Assembly (NCBI GenBank): GCA_977016875.1
Contig: CDRNST010000010.1
Span: 186,001 to 250,000, forward strand
Length of the DNA stretch: 64,000 nucleotides
Reading direction: 5' to 3'
Source: Pavona decussata
Lineage: Eukaryota
The notes below the pieces were generated by a model. That model was not told the origin of the DNA and ran no database searches. It saw nothing but the letters and a program-made list of their open reading frames with translations. The position numbers were made by a program, and so were the translations under genes. Every line of letters starts with the position of its first letter. The stretch's first letter is position 1. Positions 1 to 13,100 of the stretch are shown one piece after another.

Positions 1-1145
1 TAACAAAGTTATAACATAAATCTGGGAATGTAACTCGCAGCTTAAAATTGTCATGAATATATTTCTAATTTATATGTGAGTAAAAGAGTAAGATAAAATT
101 GCAAAACGGGGGAATTGACTTAAGAAATCACAACATTTGTGTTCACAGTTAGCACTAATTTTACGCAAATACAAAGTTTATAAAAAGTTGTTCTTCCTAG
201 TTCAGGTAGCCAAATAGGATCCAGACTATTGTTAATGTCGTTGAAAATCTGTACTCTGAAGTCAAATGCGAAGTTTACGTGAATATATGTAATGATCATA
301 CATGTGAAAAGTGGGTGAAAGATTGAGGTTGAAAGAGATAGAGATTTATTAAGTAATTTCAACTTAGATGAAAGCAGGTTATCAGACATGAACATCACTA
401 GCACCCATGAACTTCAAATGTGGAGTAATAAAGCTACTAAATGGGCTGGAAGGGGTTATTTGTGATTTCAAACTATACGTTAGGGGAAGAAGAAATAAAA
501 AAAAACATGTTTTTTCTGGCTTCCTCTGCCTAAGTTAATTTTGAATAAATCACTGCATATCTTAAATGGTCAAGACCTAAACAAGAGTCATGAAGAAGAA
601 CTTACTGGGCACTACAGGTGTTAAATCTTATTCTATGTGCACAAGACAACAGAAAAGTACTGCTTCTACATTTTTGTATTTCAGGAAAATATAACACTTT
701 AAAGTAAGTTGACATTTCGCGTTTCGGTGATACTGGACTTACAACACACGCAAATTCATGGATAAAGAAGATTCAGTTATTATGTCACAAGTGGAAATGC
801 TACTACCAGTAAATCGATCTTAAAGCTTGGTTTGTTGATGAATTTAAGAAAGAAAACAATTTTAAGTATGCACGAAAAAAAAAAGAGAGAGAGAACGCGA
901 AAACACATCAAAGTGCATAACAGACTTGGTTACACAGTGGTAAAAAGGGAACCGACTAACAAACGTTAATATGGTCTTATGGTGTCACAAAAACAAAATC
1001 AATCAAATAGCAATACAAGCAGTTTAAAATTAGAATTTAGAGCGGTTTAAGTGCGACAATGAATGTCAACTAATTAAACAATGTCCGCACGGATAGAGTC
1101 CGCTTGCGTGTTTAAAGTTGGTCTCCTTTCCTTGATCAATTTCAT

Positions 1146-1389
1146 GTAATGTTTAAAACACGAGCAGCAGTGTTTTATCGAGATTTAAAACCACGAGGCG
1201 CACACGTCTTTAAAGTTTTTTGAATGGCTTCAAAAACGTTCCTGGAAAAGCGTGTCAAGAGAAAAACATTAAACACCGCATACTAATAAGGAGGAGGTTT
1301 GGTCGGTTTCTTAAACCACTGCACGTGATTTTTTATCGACCATTTGATAGGTCAATGGGCTTATGAATTATTAATGAGTCTTTTAAAAA
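1146..1389. repeat. Dispersed repeat (second copy at 45094-45399)
   Basis: Shares GTAATGTTT.AAACACGAGCAGC.GTGTTTTATCG..GAGAAAAACATTAAACACCGCATACTAATAAGGAGGAGG..CCATTTGATAGGTCAAT with the 45.1-kb copy. Confidence 0.85.
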
Positions 1390-1586
1390 TTCTTCATATT
1401 TGGTCGGTCAAGGTTGTGACTTTCTGGAAGATGGTTTCCAGTAGCTGAATATCTATGTTCATTAATGCATTGAAAGAGGTGTCAGAGCATGTATCCGACA
1501 TACCTTGAATTACACAAGTTACATTTGAATTCGTAAACAACACATTGCTGATTCACTAGTTATGGATTGTTTTCTGTCACTCTTAG

Positions 1587-3380
1587 TCCCAGTAAAAATA
1601 TTTTGTGATCACAACGTGATCACAAATCACGGGCGTGACACTCCTTTCACCGTGATCACGCCTTCAGCAATGCGTGATTGGAGTGATCACACCCGTGATC
1701 AGGGTGTGATCACTCCACTGACCGTGATTCTCTACAGTGATGGCGTGATCACGTTTGGGTAGGGTAAAATTGAAAATCAAAAACATTACCATCTCATTCA
1801 AATGGTCCAAAATATCTGTTAACAATAAATGGAGTAAAAAAAATCATACTCCAGTAATTTAACAGTCCAATGACTTACCGCACTAAACTCGGGACGTTAA
1901 TTTGAATCTTTCTTTCACAGTGCGTGTCGTTCCGGTCTTTCGTTACATGTAACTCTCTGGTTTCGTGGTTTGGTTTTTTTTTTGTGCGTCAAAAGCTTAC
2001 TCTTACATGTTTTTTTCTGCGTTCATCAGTCCGGTACAACATTTTTATAGCAGCTTATTAAACGACTAACAATGAATATTATTTGGACGATCAAATTCAA
2101 TCTTGATATTACTGTTGTAGAATATGGTGCCTTCTAATTGCTCGATTCATTTCACTTACTCAATCCAAGGCGAAAAATCAAGGCTGCTTTTTTGTATGTT
2201 CGCGACAAAGCACTGATATACACTGAAAAATATTTTCAAGGTACGATTCTAACTTCAGTTTCGAGAAATATAGCGCCTTTTCTCTGAGTTCCGTGACACG
2301 TGCGTGTCGGAATTTTATCTAAAAGGTCTCTTGAGACATCTGCGGGTTTAATCTTATTGGCCAAACGTCATGAACCTGTTTCAAATTTAATACCACTACC
2401 TGATCGCGTTACAAAAATGGTCCTGAAAATAAACTCGACCGTTGGTAATTTGACTTAGAAGAGCGGGAACGTTTTCAATGCGAAGTATCTTCCCTTATCA
2501 GTCTGGGAAACAGTTTAATGTTTTGGGTTTCTGAAGCGAAGATCTGGACCCGGCCGTTTTGTAAACAACAGACTGTTCTGTCGGATTGTCTCCGACTGCG
2601 TAGCCACTTGGATGTTTGAAGTTCGCCGCGGGTGTTTGAAGTTTGAATGTTTGAAGTTCGTACTCTGATCGAGAACTCTCTGAGAGGACTTCTTTGGTCT
2701 GCTGAAAACGAAATGACTCTTGCGAGTTGTATTTTAGTCCACGTTTCCACAAGGGAAAGAATATTGAAGAACGTTCCAATTATTGAGGTGAGCAACATGA
2801 CGATCGCATAATACAATAACAGCGAATTTTTAGGTCGAAAGTGATTCACGGTTAGCATCCTTCTGAACTGTAAGAAAATATTAGTTCACGGTTACCCTTG
2901 TGGTTCTCAACTTGTCAAACTGTATACTATTTTAGCTTATTCCACTGCACAACAGACTGCGCCGTTCTTTAATGGAAGTTCTGCCCCCGCCTCAAATAGC
3001 CACTGAAAGGCTATTACTTTGGGGCAGTATTTTATATACACATTTATGTAGCTCGTTTTTGACAGTTACTGTAACAAAATTTGTTGTTGTTATTACATTA
3101 TTGTACAATTTGTTTAACTTCCTGTTTTTTGTGCTTTATGTTCTTATGTAGTTCACACAACGTTAATACTGTGATCATAAGGGTAACTGTGATCACAAGC
3201 ATGATCACACTTGTTGTGATCACAGTGCTAACAATTATGTGTGATCAGAACCTGTGATCTAACCTAACATCACACCCATGATCACATCTCTGATCACATC
3301 ACATCTGTGATCACATGTAAAAGTTTTTACGTGTGATCACTGTGTGATCACAGAGTGATCACATTATATTTTTACTGGGG
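1587..3380. mobile_element. Non-autonomous CACTA/EnSpm-like DNA transposon (~1.8 kb)
   Basis: TIR CCCAGTAAAAATA..GTGATCAC at both ends; dense subterminal GTGATCAC palindromes (1605-1752, 3170-3362); probable 2-bp TSD AG; no transposase ORF. Confidence 0.7.
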
Positions 3381-3971
3381 AGGTCTTGGATGAGTTTCCT
3401 ACTCGTGAAGATGGGTTGTAAATTGTTGAAGATTTTTTCTAATCTTCAAGGAAAGATCACGTCAATCTCTCCGTACAATTTCAGCTGAGATTTGGTCTTT
3501 AAAGGCAAAGTAATGCGAATCGGGTTGCACGGACAATTTAACATCCTAAAAAATGCAGAGGGAAGTTGCAATGTTTGATTTATTAAATGCTATTGATTAA
3601 GGAAAGAAGACCTACTTTAAACACGTAAGCGGACTCCATTCGTGCAAAACTGTTTACTTAGCTGATATTGTTTACTTAGTTGACATTACTCATTTTCACA
3701 CTTAAACTGCCATAAATTCTAACCTACAGCCTTAATAATTTACATTTGATAATGGCAGAATGACGCCGAAACGTCACATTCTCTCGTTAATATTTCTTTT
3801 AAACAAAAAAGACAAATGTACGAGGAAAAAAGGATGACACGAACTGCCAGGCAGGAGGAAGGCGTGCTTTTAAGGTGCATAGGACATGAATGCTAAGACT
3901 TTGAAATGCTCTTGGTTCGTTACACATGCCAAAGGGAATTACCCACTTAGTGGTAAAACGGAAATAATTAC

Positions 3972-4167
3972 CAAATCTCTGAAGAAAACAGGGCCATAGT
4001 TTCCATGTTAAAACGTGCTTGAGAATTGCTTTGCTTGGGTCTCCTGGTGACTGTGGCCAACATCTTGTTAGCATCAAAGTAAGCAGATCTCGACACTTCG
4101 AGGCTTGGGGAGACTCCAGTCCATGCTTCCACAGGTTGTTGACCACTTCCTCACCTTCACTTCCCCT
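3972..4167 (-). CDS. RNF213: RNF213-A exon 15
   Basis: LLTLMLTRCWP..ILKHVLTWKLWPCFL; donor G|GTAATT, phase 1; next exon not found in the window. Confidence 0.82.
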
Positions 4168-7100
4168 CTAAAGTTAAGATACTTGGATGTGTTATTCTTT
4201 AACCTTTTTAGAGGAGATGGGCATTTGTCATGCAACAACATTGAGGTCAACACTGCCTAAACCGATTGTTCTTGGAGTTGAACTTTCAAAAAATATTTAA
4301 GTAAGCTGCTGTATGTCTGAAAGTTTCCTCTTTCTCTCGGATTGATGATTAATCTCTTTGATAGCGTCTTCGTTCTTAACCAAAAGGACACAGGACAAAT
4401 GATAGTGCGTGACTTCTTGGACGAAACATTAAAACCAAATAATTAAGCAAAAGAGGCAGCTTTCTCCAATTTTTTTCCTTTCTGTTCATAGAAAATGAGC
4501 TTCAATCAGTGAGATAGACGCAATGTTAAGATGAACACTACTGTAGTGCTTACAGTTAAACCGAACCAAATTGCTTACTTAGGTGTAATTTACTGCTTCC
4601 AATTAACAAATCCGATTAACATTGTACAATACCTTTGGCTTTGTGGATGACACCAATAGGTTGTATTTAGTTGGGTAATATAAAATACATTCTATAAGCT
4701 TACTTCTTTACTGTATTATCTCACCTGAAGCATGCTTTCAACTTTTCTAAACGTTACTTCAGACACTAAGTCTTGAACGCAGTTCTGGTGAGTTGCCATA
4801 TTGGCTTTGGTGAAGACTTCAACCAAATCATTGCAGTCACACTACACAGAAAAACCAAATCCATCACTTAGAGATGTGCACATTCACTTTCTGGGTTAAA
4901 CCTGGCACAATAGGAAATGTAGAACAGTAACTAGTTGCCCTTTCATTCAATATTTCGCAACCTCGACTTGGATTCAGATGGCTCCCAGCCTTTTGACTTC
5001 GATGAATGGTCAGTTAATTGCAATAGGTCAAAGCCTTACCTCTGGGCATGAAGCCTTATTATTTTGTACAGATTGCTGTAAATTCGTCTTTTTCAAGTAC
5101 CCCGAAAAAGATATTTAGCCATGCAGCCTGCCTTTTCACCTGGTATCCTTATTTTACTCTCGTATGCCTTGAATTACCATATTGAACACACAGAAACCCA
5201 CCACTTACTCATTGGACCACGATAATATATTCTTTTTAAAATATCGTGTCTTACCTCTTCCAAACGCATTTTCAACAACTCTGACAAATTGCGTCTCCAA
5301 CGTTCTTGACATCCCTCACTTTTCCATTCAATAGACAGTAAATTTGTCCAAACCTACAAATCCATCAAAGTTCATGAAAACTTGCTACAAAAAGTAACCA
5401 AAATAGCTCACAGCGTGACTTATTTTTTTTCCAATAACCTGGAGCTTCTTCTTGCTTTTACCATCTAAAAGTTTTAAAAATGATAACGCAACACTGATGC
5501 AGAAAAATAATAAGCATTTCGGATTCGTGTTTGATTGCTTTTACTGCAAACGTTCCCGTACTGTTTCAGTGTTACTGGCTTTCCATCATCAATTTCACAA
5601 GCATTTCCGTTTTCAATTCATCATTGGTCACTCATGACACCCGGTGTTAAATTTACTCTTTAACCAGAGAGCTGAAAGAAACATTTTCTCAGGGGTCCAT
5701 GACTGAAATGAGGACTCACAGTGCATAATGCACTCTAATCTAAGCAAGTACTGTGCAATTTAATAAACGCAGACTTAATAATCAGTATTACCGCTCGACA
5801 GAAACAGTAAACGATTAAGAGAGTACAATAATGAGACGAAAAAGTTATATCAACATTTAAAGCAATAATTCTAGGCGTAGTCAAGAGCTTTCACTCGATG
5901 AAACACTAATGCTGTTTTTCATTACCGTTTGAGCTTCAAAAATTGCTGCTAACATTATTTGGTTATCTGCCTTGATTAGCCTTTCCTACTCGAAGGTAGG
6001 CAATTACATGAACTTACCTGTGATACGAAATAAAGTGTGGCGAAATCGTTATTGAGATATTCCTCTAACACTTTGCACCAATTAATCAGAACTTTGTCTA
6101 CTGGCCATGGCAAGATGATCACATGGCAAAAACAGAACTAAGTACCAAGTTCTTGTAAAATTAATAAGACAGAGAGTGAAGAGTTGGGAGAAAGTTCAAT
6201 ATCACAAGTGAACTTAGCTATGGAGAGATGAAAACTACCACGTACGGTCGAACACAACGATGCGTTGCAATTTTTCTTTTACCTTTCTCAAATGAAAATC
6301 CCCAATATATGAAACTTTTTTCTGTTAAAATTCGATTTCTTTTATACATGGTCATAAAAACATTGTCTTGATTTTTTGGGTAATTGCACACGGGCTAGAT
6401 TTAACTGGGTTCCCAACAATCTCGTCCTCAGAACCCACATGTGCTAAGGTCAGCGGAGGCCAAACGTCTTGCTTCCTTGCTCTTGACCAAAAGGAACACA
6501 GTCTGAGAACGAGATTGGGTTCCCAAGGCAAACATAAAAAAATGCAATTAGTTTGGGTTATTCACTTCCTTGCGACCTGACTTTCTCTAAAATTTCGACC
6601 CTACATAAGCTTCCGCACATACACACTGGGTGATTTGAAGAAAATTAGCACTTTAAATTCCATAGCAAACGAAATTAAGAGACCACTTGCTCTGTCTGTC
6701 TCAGCTAATTTCAGCACGTGCTGACACACTCACAACCTTAAGAAGAAAGGTACCGGTATGCGCTAAGTGTAGTGTTAGTCTGTGGCTAGGACCACCAAAG
6801 AGTACCCATTTTAGTGAGGTGTTTGTCTGCAGGAGGTTCCAGTTAGCAGAGACTTGGTTGTAGTTAAAAAGTTAATATTGCACTTCTGCTGGTCAGCTGA
6901 CTAGTACTGGGTCATGGATTTGACTCCCATTGAAAAACCAGACTCACTAACATGCCCTTTTCTCACAGGCTGATTAAGTTCATACGGTAAAGATCACTCC
7001 TTTGACTATTAGAAATTGTCAGAACATCATTTTCCGGGAGAAGTAAATCACGCTTAGCACTTACCTCATTAATAAATGCAGCGGTACAGAAAACTGGCTT

Positions 7101-10100
7101 TTGCACAGCCTTGAGGTATTTTGGTTTGGTCTAGTTTTCAGTGTGCATTGTAACAGGAACAACGTTTAAGACATATAAAGAGAAAACGCCTTGCTACTAA
7201 TTCTAGCTGCCTTTCAATTTTTCCACGCACAATTAAAGAACTAAATTCAGGTAAACATGCGGTAAACATGCATGTACCTCAAGCTCTTTGTCTGTTTCAC
7301 TTGTAAGATAACACGGAAGTTTGCTGAGTAACGTCTTCTTTAACCATTTCTTTACAACTTCAAAACTCTCCCCAACTATTTTGCTCGTTTGTTTTGAACA
7401 GTTTTTGTCTTCTTTCTCTAGCACACCTGTGTTGCCTTCCTCTGAGATGTATGTCCCAATACTACGTAAACAATCAAGCAACAGTTGTATTTCACAACGA
7501 GAGTTAACAAGAGCCTTTAGAATCTGCAAACAAGACTTGGCACAGAGAATGGCTTCTTGCTTCAAAATGACAAGATCATCAGCAGAGGGACATCTAAGAG
7601 GAAATGAAGTAAAAAAAAAACTTTCAGCAACAGGCGTATTAAAACCTATTGTAGTGTAAATCAAGCATTTTATAAATAATCTCAAATGCTTGCAATCTTT
7701 CCCCATGACGATGATTATATGTAATCAATACTAAACACTACTTTCAAAAAAAAACATCACAATCCTTACTTTTTGGTCCTGATTTCCATGGCTTTGTTGA
7801 CAACTTCCTGTGTTAAATGCAAGCAGGTGGAAACAGCTTCCTCCTACATAAAGTAAAATAAACGAAGCAGAATGTTTGGCTCAGGCTTCATAAGCCCTAA
7901 ACTAATACAACAATCCTCCTAATGAAAGAGTATTCAATTAACAATAATTCTACGAGGGTTCGCCGACATGGCTTATATTGCTAAAATGGATAAATCAGTT
8001 CATATAGAGCACGTTCGAATATGATTGTTTTACTAACATGACATGACATGACATGAAATGACAACATAACAAAGGCTCCAAAATATTTTGTTGCAGCTTG
8101 GGTGCAAAGAAACACAATTTTAGGACAAAAAAATTCCTAGCTCTGAACTACAGTTCACACTTGACGTTGTCCTTAAACATTGTTCCACTCATTGTCTAAC
8201 GCGAAAGGTGAGTTCGATTGAACTGAATACAGAATTCATAATATTTTTATAATACCATCTAAATAAAAACCTCAAAAAACAAGTTCACTGAAGTGAGGAA
8301 TGAAACAATAGGCATCTTATACTACACCAAGTTGTCAACGGCAACATAGCATGACACCGAAAACTGGAGTCCTGATTCCCAGAACAGTCTGATCACCCGT
8401 CCAAAACTATCTAGAGGACAGCAGTAATTATTGCCTACTTTAGTTCGTGCGACCCAGTTTAACAGATTCAACAGCTTTCACAGTCGATATACTGCTTTGT
8501 AGCCAAGATGTGACTGTGCCAGCTCAACTGTTTTAAACCGTGAGGTGTCTGTGCAATAAGCAGGGTGACTCTATTTCGTCTTCCCGCAATATGTCTTCCA
8601 ATGCCATGCTGCAACCTCATGAAATTAACACCTCTCTTTAATGGCTTACATGCTTACACGAAAAAAACCGCCAACGCTTTGCATGGTAAGTGAAACCTTC
8701 AACTCTTTGGCTGGACGTATCGCCCAAGAAAAACCGCAAAAGCTGAGTAGGCCTTGGAAACTTAATAAAGTGTGCATAACATTGCGTAGTATCTGTCAGC
8801 CTGAACTACCTGGCATTGATATTACAAAGAAATCATTGTGTGAACGTTTTGGTAGATCGGAGAATTATGTTGACATACATGTATGTGTATTTTAGGGTGA
8901 AATAGTTGATTTAAGAATGACAGCAAAAGATTCTGAAATGATACATTCAGTCAAGGCTAAGAGCAACAATCCACAAAACTAGAACACTTTGGGGCAACTT
9001 ATCCCGATTCAGTTAAAGTTATAAATATATCCATTAAATATGTACCTCATCTGATATGATGAAATCCCTTTCAGACAAACTCCTGGCAAGTGTGGTGTAT
9101 ATTTCAACGGGTGCAAATCTGCCTGAGGATGCAATTTTGCCAAATGCTCGACAAGGAACTACCAGAAGAAACGTCCTTCTGAAGAGAGGGTCCAGCTCAA
9201 ACAAAGGTGACAACAAGTTTATCAAAGAAGAAGGACAGCTAAGACACGAGAAAAAGTAGCGCCATCATGATTTGTGTTTTGTTTTTGTTTGTTTGTTTTT
9301 TTCAGTTAAGGGAGGGTAGAATTGATTTTTTTTTTATTTCATACCAGGAAGTTTTAAAAAATCGCCCCAAAGCTCGGTTCTCTCAAACGCATGAATTGTA
9401 TACAATTCACTTAGATGATTACAAAGTTTCATAGACCGGAGATTAACAAATACAGTGGTCGAACGTAAAATTCTACAAGCCACACTGTGTTTCACGGCTC
9501 CAACATTTTGATCTTTAATCTTAACTTTGTAGATAAAAATGCTTCATATGCTTGATCACCCATAGATGGAAGGAAGTTGAAACATAATGGCCAAGTTTGA
9601 TTGAAGCTAGTAACACTTTCTTGCATCGTTTTAAAAGCATTTGAATGTTTTGTTGCCTGAAATCGTTTTGCCATTTTACGCTGTACCCAGGCATGTTTGA
9701 CCGTCTGCTGACGTCAGTTTTTCTGTGGATCCAGCTTTTCTAGGGTGCTCAGTCTATTTTTATGGAAAGAATGTTGAGATGTTTCCAGCTCCACTTCGTA
9801 TTTCTTCTACTTAAAAATTGGTAACATGTTAACATCACAAAAGGTGGATACAGTTTGATTCACGTACCATTTACTCTCACACATATTTGAAAGCAGTTCT
9901 GCCAAAATATTCAGTAACATGAATAATGTATCAGAGAATCATCATTACCTGTTCCCTGTAAGATTCCTTTGCCTCACAGAACTCGTTCCAAATCCAGTTC
10001 CACCCCACCATGTGTCATCTTTACCTTCAGGCTCCTCCATAAGCAACACTGCATTACTAAATGGTTCTGATGTCTGAGTGAGGAAGTGAACCAAAGGCAC

Positions 10101-13100
10101 TGCAAACAGCCAGTCATGTAAGTCATTACGTTCCCTGGCAGCATATCTGCAAATGGCCTGAATTGCCTCCCCGAGATTCCTGGCAGACAAAGACAAGACA
10201 AACAAAACATGGCAGCTCGGGAATGCAGTCAGTCAGTACGTTCGTAGGCAAGTAAACTGCATTAATATTTTCTACGAATGACTACAAAGGTAAAGTTATT
10301 AGTCTCAACCGCTGCTCTAATATATGACCTTTTGTAACAGCTTGGAGTTATAGAGAGACCGGAAGCGAGCCACAATTAGGTAATTTACTAGGTTTGCTAT
10401 GATAACAAACTAGCAGTATGTAACCTAAAAAACGTAAATGACCTAGCTAACGAAGAATCTTTCTTCAGTTTCAGCAGTCAGATAGTACAGGTGGTGCATG
10501 GTCATGGGTTCAACTTTTTCTATCAAACTTTATTGGGCAATCCACATAGATATGAATAGTACAGATAATTACATAAATATTAAAAAGGTTGCCTAAGAGG
10601 GAAAGGGGCCAACGGGAAACTCAGAGCCTTGCAAGGCAGCCACCCAAAGGATTAAAAACATTTAAGATATATACAGAAATAAGAAATTAATCTATGATGG
10701 GTGACATGAAGAATCCTGTGAAATGGACCACGAACACGCCAGGTCCATATAAAAAAAACTGACTTTAAAAGAGACATACGTATTCTTCAAAAATGATTTA
10801 AAAGAGCCAAGGGAGGTAAACCAACTTGGGAAAGCTACATTCATGGTCCTTTGTTAAGGACTACGAATTATTGTAAGCTTTGTTAAGGATAACACACTTT
10901 GTGAAACAACTATTTGGCTGAACGTCAAATACATCAATAAAAATGATGACATTTACTTTTACATTTCCAAGCGCTAGTATTCAGTACTGACGCAATACAA
11001 TACAATACAATACAATACAATACAATACAATAGGGAAACACTCACTGCCATTCCCCACTAGGAAAGGAGTTGAGAAGCTTGCGAAATGCAGTACAAGATG
11101 TTTTGTTGGGATCTGGCCAGAGTATCAAAGATGAAAATAATTTGGCATAATCTTCATCATCAAGATGCACTTTGTGAGTAAACAGCACATAAGCAATTGC
11201 AACTGATGACACCAGACGAGGAACTTTTCCGCTGCTTTCTTGGCCATCTGACGGTGGTAAATAATTTTGGTGAATCTTGGGTTTGAAAAAGTCCTTTAGA
11301 ATCTAAGGAGTAAAAAAGAGAACATGATGGAACAATTTGACAACTAAACAGAAATGAATGGCAAATAAGAAACAGTGAATGAATAAGTTAACTGTGTAAA
11401 CTTGTATCAACACGGCATGACTCATTGAGTACAGAACACCAAATCGTGCTGGTGTAAGAAGCGATTCCCTGGATATGTAGCTACGGGTTCAATTTCGTGA
11501 AAAGTCAAGTGTTCCTCACTTCCTCACATCTGTGCCTGGATGCCTTCAACTGCTCATTCGAAATTACTGCATCATCGAGCCAAGTGTTATTGGTACAAGT
11601 CTGGAAATGATGTTTTGAGTCATAAATGATGAAGCCAGTTACTGTGCCATTTACTAGAATTGCAGAAATACCTTTCAGTTCATCATTACTTAAAGGTTGT
11701 AGCAATAGCCAGAAATTATTTAAAGACAATAGAATGACTTCAGGGTATTTGCACAAGAAGCGACAGACCCAGCTGCTTTTTATGGATCTCTTCTGTATCC
11801 AGATTGAATTGGTTTGAAAATAATGTTTTACATTGTCAAGGGAGAAAACCAGTGATTCATTACGAGCACAAGGCGATAATAAATGACAGACTCAATCACA
11901 TAAGACACTGACTCCGGAATTAGAGGCATTAGTGGAAAGAACTCTAGCATAATCGTGTGCTCTCCCTTGCTTCTAACAAGTCAGTAAAATGAACATAGAA
12001 ACTGATAAAGTAGTGACCTACTCTTTCAAAGTCAAAAGACGATGGAACATTCCTTCTGTAGACACCATATTCCTCTGCCTGTGTTTGTGTCATACAATAA
12101 GCCAAATTCTTGATAACTTCTATTGCATCCCAGGCAGTCAAACTTGTATCTACGTTGTCCACTAGGAACCCTTTCCAAGGAGGCAGTAATGCCCGAGTCG
12201 CAATGATCCTTCCTTCAACAGGATCCATGCTCTTTAGAATTGGCATTATGTTGCGCGCTTTTTCAAACCAGTTGGGCGAGCTGAAGATTGTGTCATCATA
12301 CTGGTGCCACACCGCTGTATAAATAAAGAAAAAAAAGAAGGGCGAGCTGAAGATTGTGTCATCATACTGGTGCCACACCGCTGTATAAATAAAGAAAAAA
12401 AAGAAGGAACTTTCCGGAAAGGGAAGTATTAACACAAAAAAGCATGAAAAATGTACACATTTTCAAGGGTTTATCTTTTGTTCAAAAGTGCTCATATTCT
12501 TCCATAACAATAAACATACCAGGAATCGTTAGAAGCCACTTGACAGCCGGACAAAAGCTTGCTGTACCCTATTCAAGGATTCATTTTCAGGCATTTGAAT
12601 ACTACTATACTACGCAAGTCGCAAAGTCTGTGCAAACACCACCACCAACAACAACAATTTTATTCACATTTCTTTGCATTCCAAAATTTTCAAATTTTTA
12701 AACGGATACAGGTCACTTATTGTAAGGTTTCAAACACACCGAACACAGATTGCTTGATGAGATACAATCCTGCAAAGAGTGCCACAACAGTTAATTTTAC
12801 TCAATTTATTGATGATAGGGTACAAAGAATACTAAGAGGTCTTTCGTCGTCACAGCATATTTGTTCTTGGGATTTGTTTAATTCTGTGGTGGTGGCTTCT
12901 TTGGTTTTGCTTCTTCAGTCAATTTTACGCCAGATTTCTTCGTCTTCTTTACTTAATTTATCTAGTACGCTGTCTATGTCTTCGCCGTCATAAATTCCTT
13001 TAACGTGTTTGAAATTTTCCTAATACCTGAGGTCTTGTCAGTTTCTGACAAGTCCAACGACAACACGTAGTTTCTCCACATCAACTGGACTCATTTCTAA

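Larger units (their letters stand above)
1020..3790 (-). mobile_element. Decayed Penelope-like retroelement (GIY-YIG) with inverted pLTR, split by two later insertions
   Basis: Minus strand: PIRITLP..LQPIFTSRKLIQDL (3381-3530) joins RVTE..LVNQQCVVYEFKCNLC..YVG (1390-1586) and LIKERRPTLNTQADSIRA (1085-1145). An inverted copy of the C-terminus and pLTR lies on the + strand at 3535-3790. Confidence 0.75.

Noticed and set aside
120-404. ORF as the next RNF213-A exon
   Set aside because: No RNF213 similarity and no convincing phase-1 acceptor/donor pair; the next exon probably lies beyond position 1.
10455-10490. YLTAETEE resembling the end of exon 12 (YLTSETDK)
   Set aside because: The match is too short and not adjacent to exon 12; expected by chance at this search size unless supported by an HMM test.
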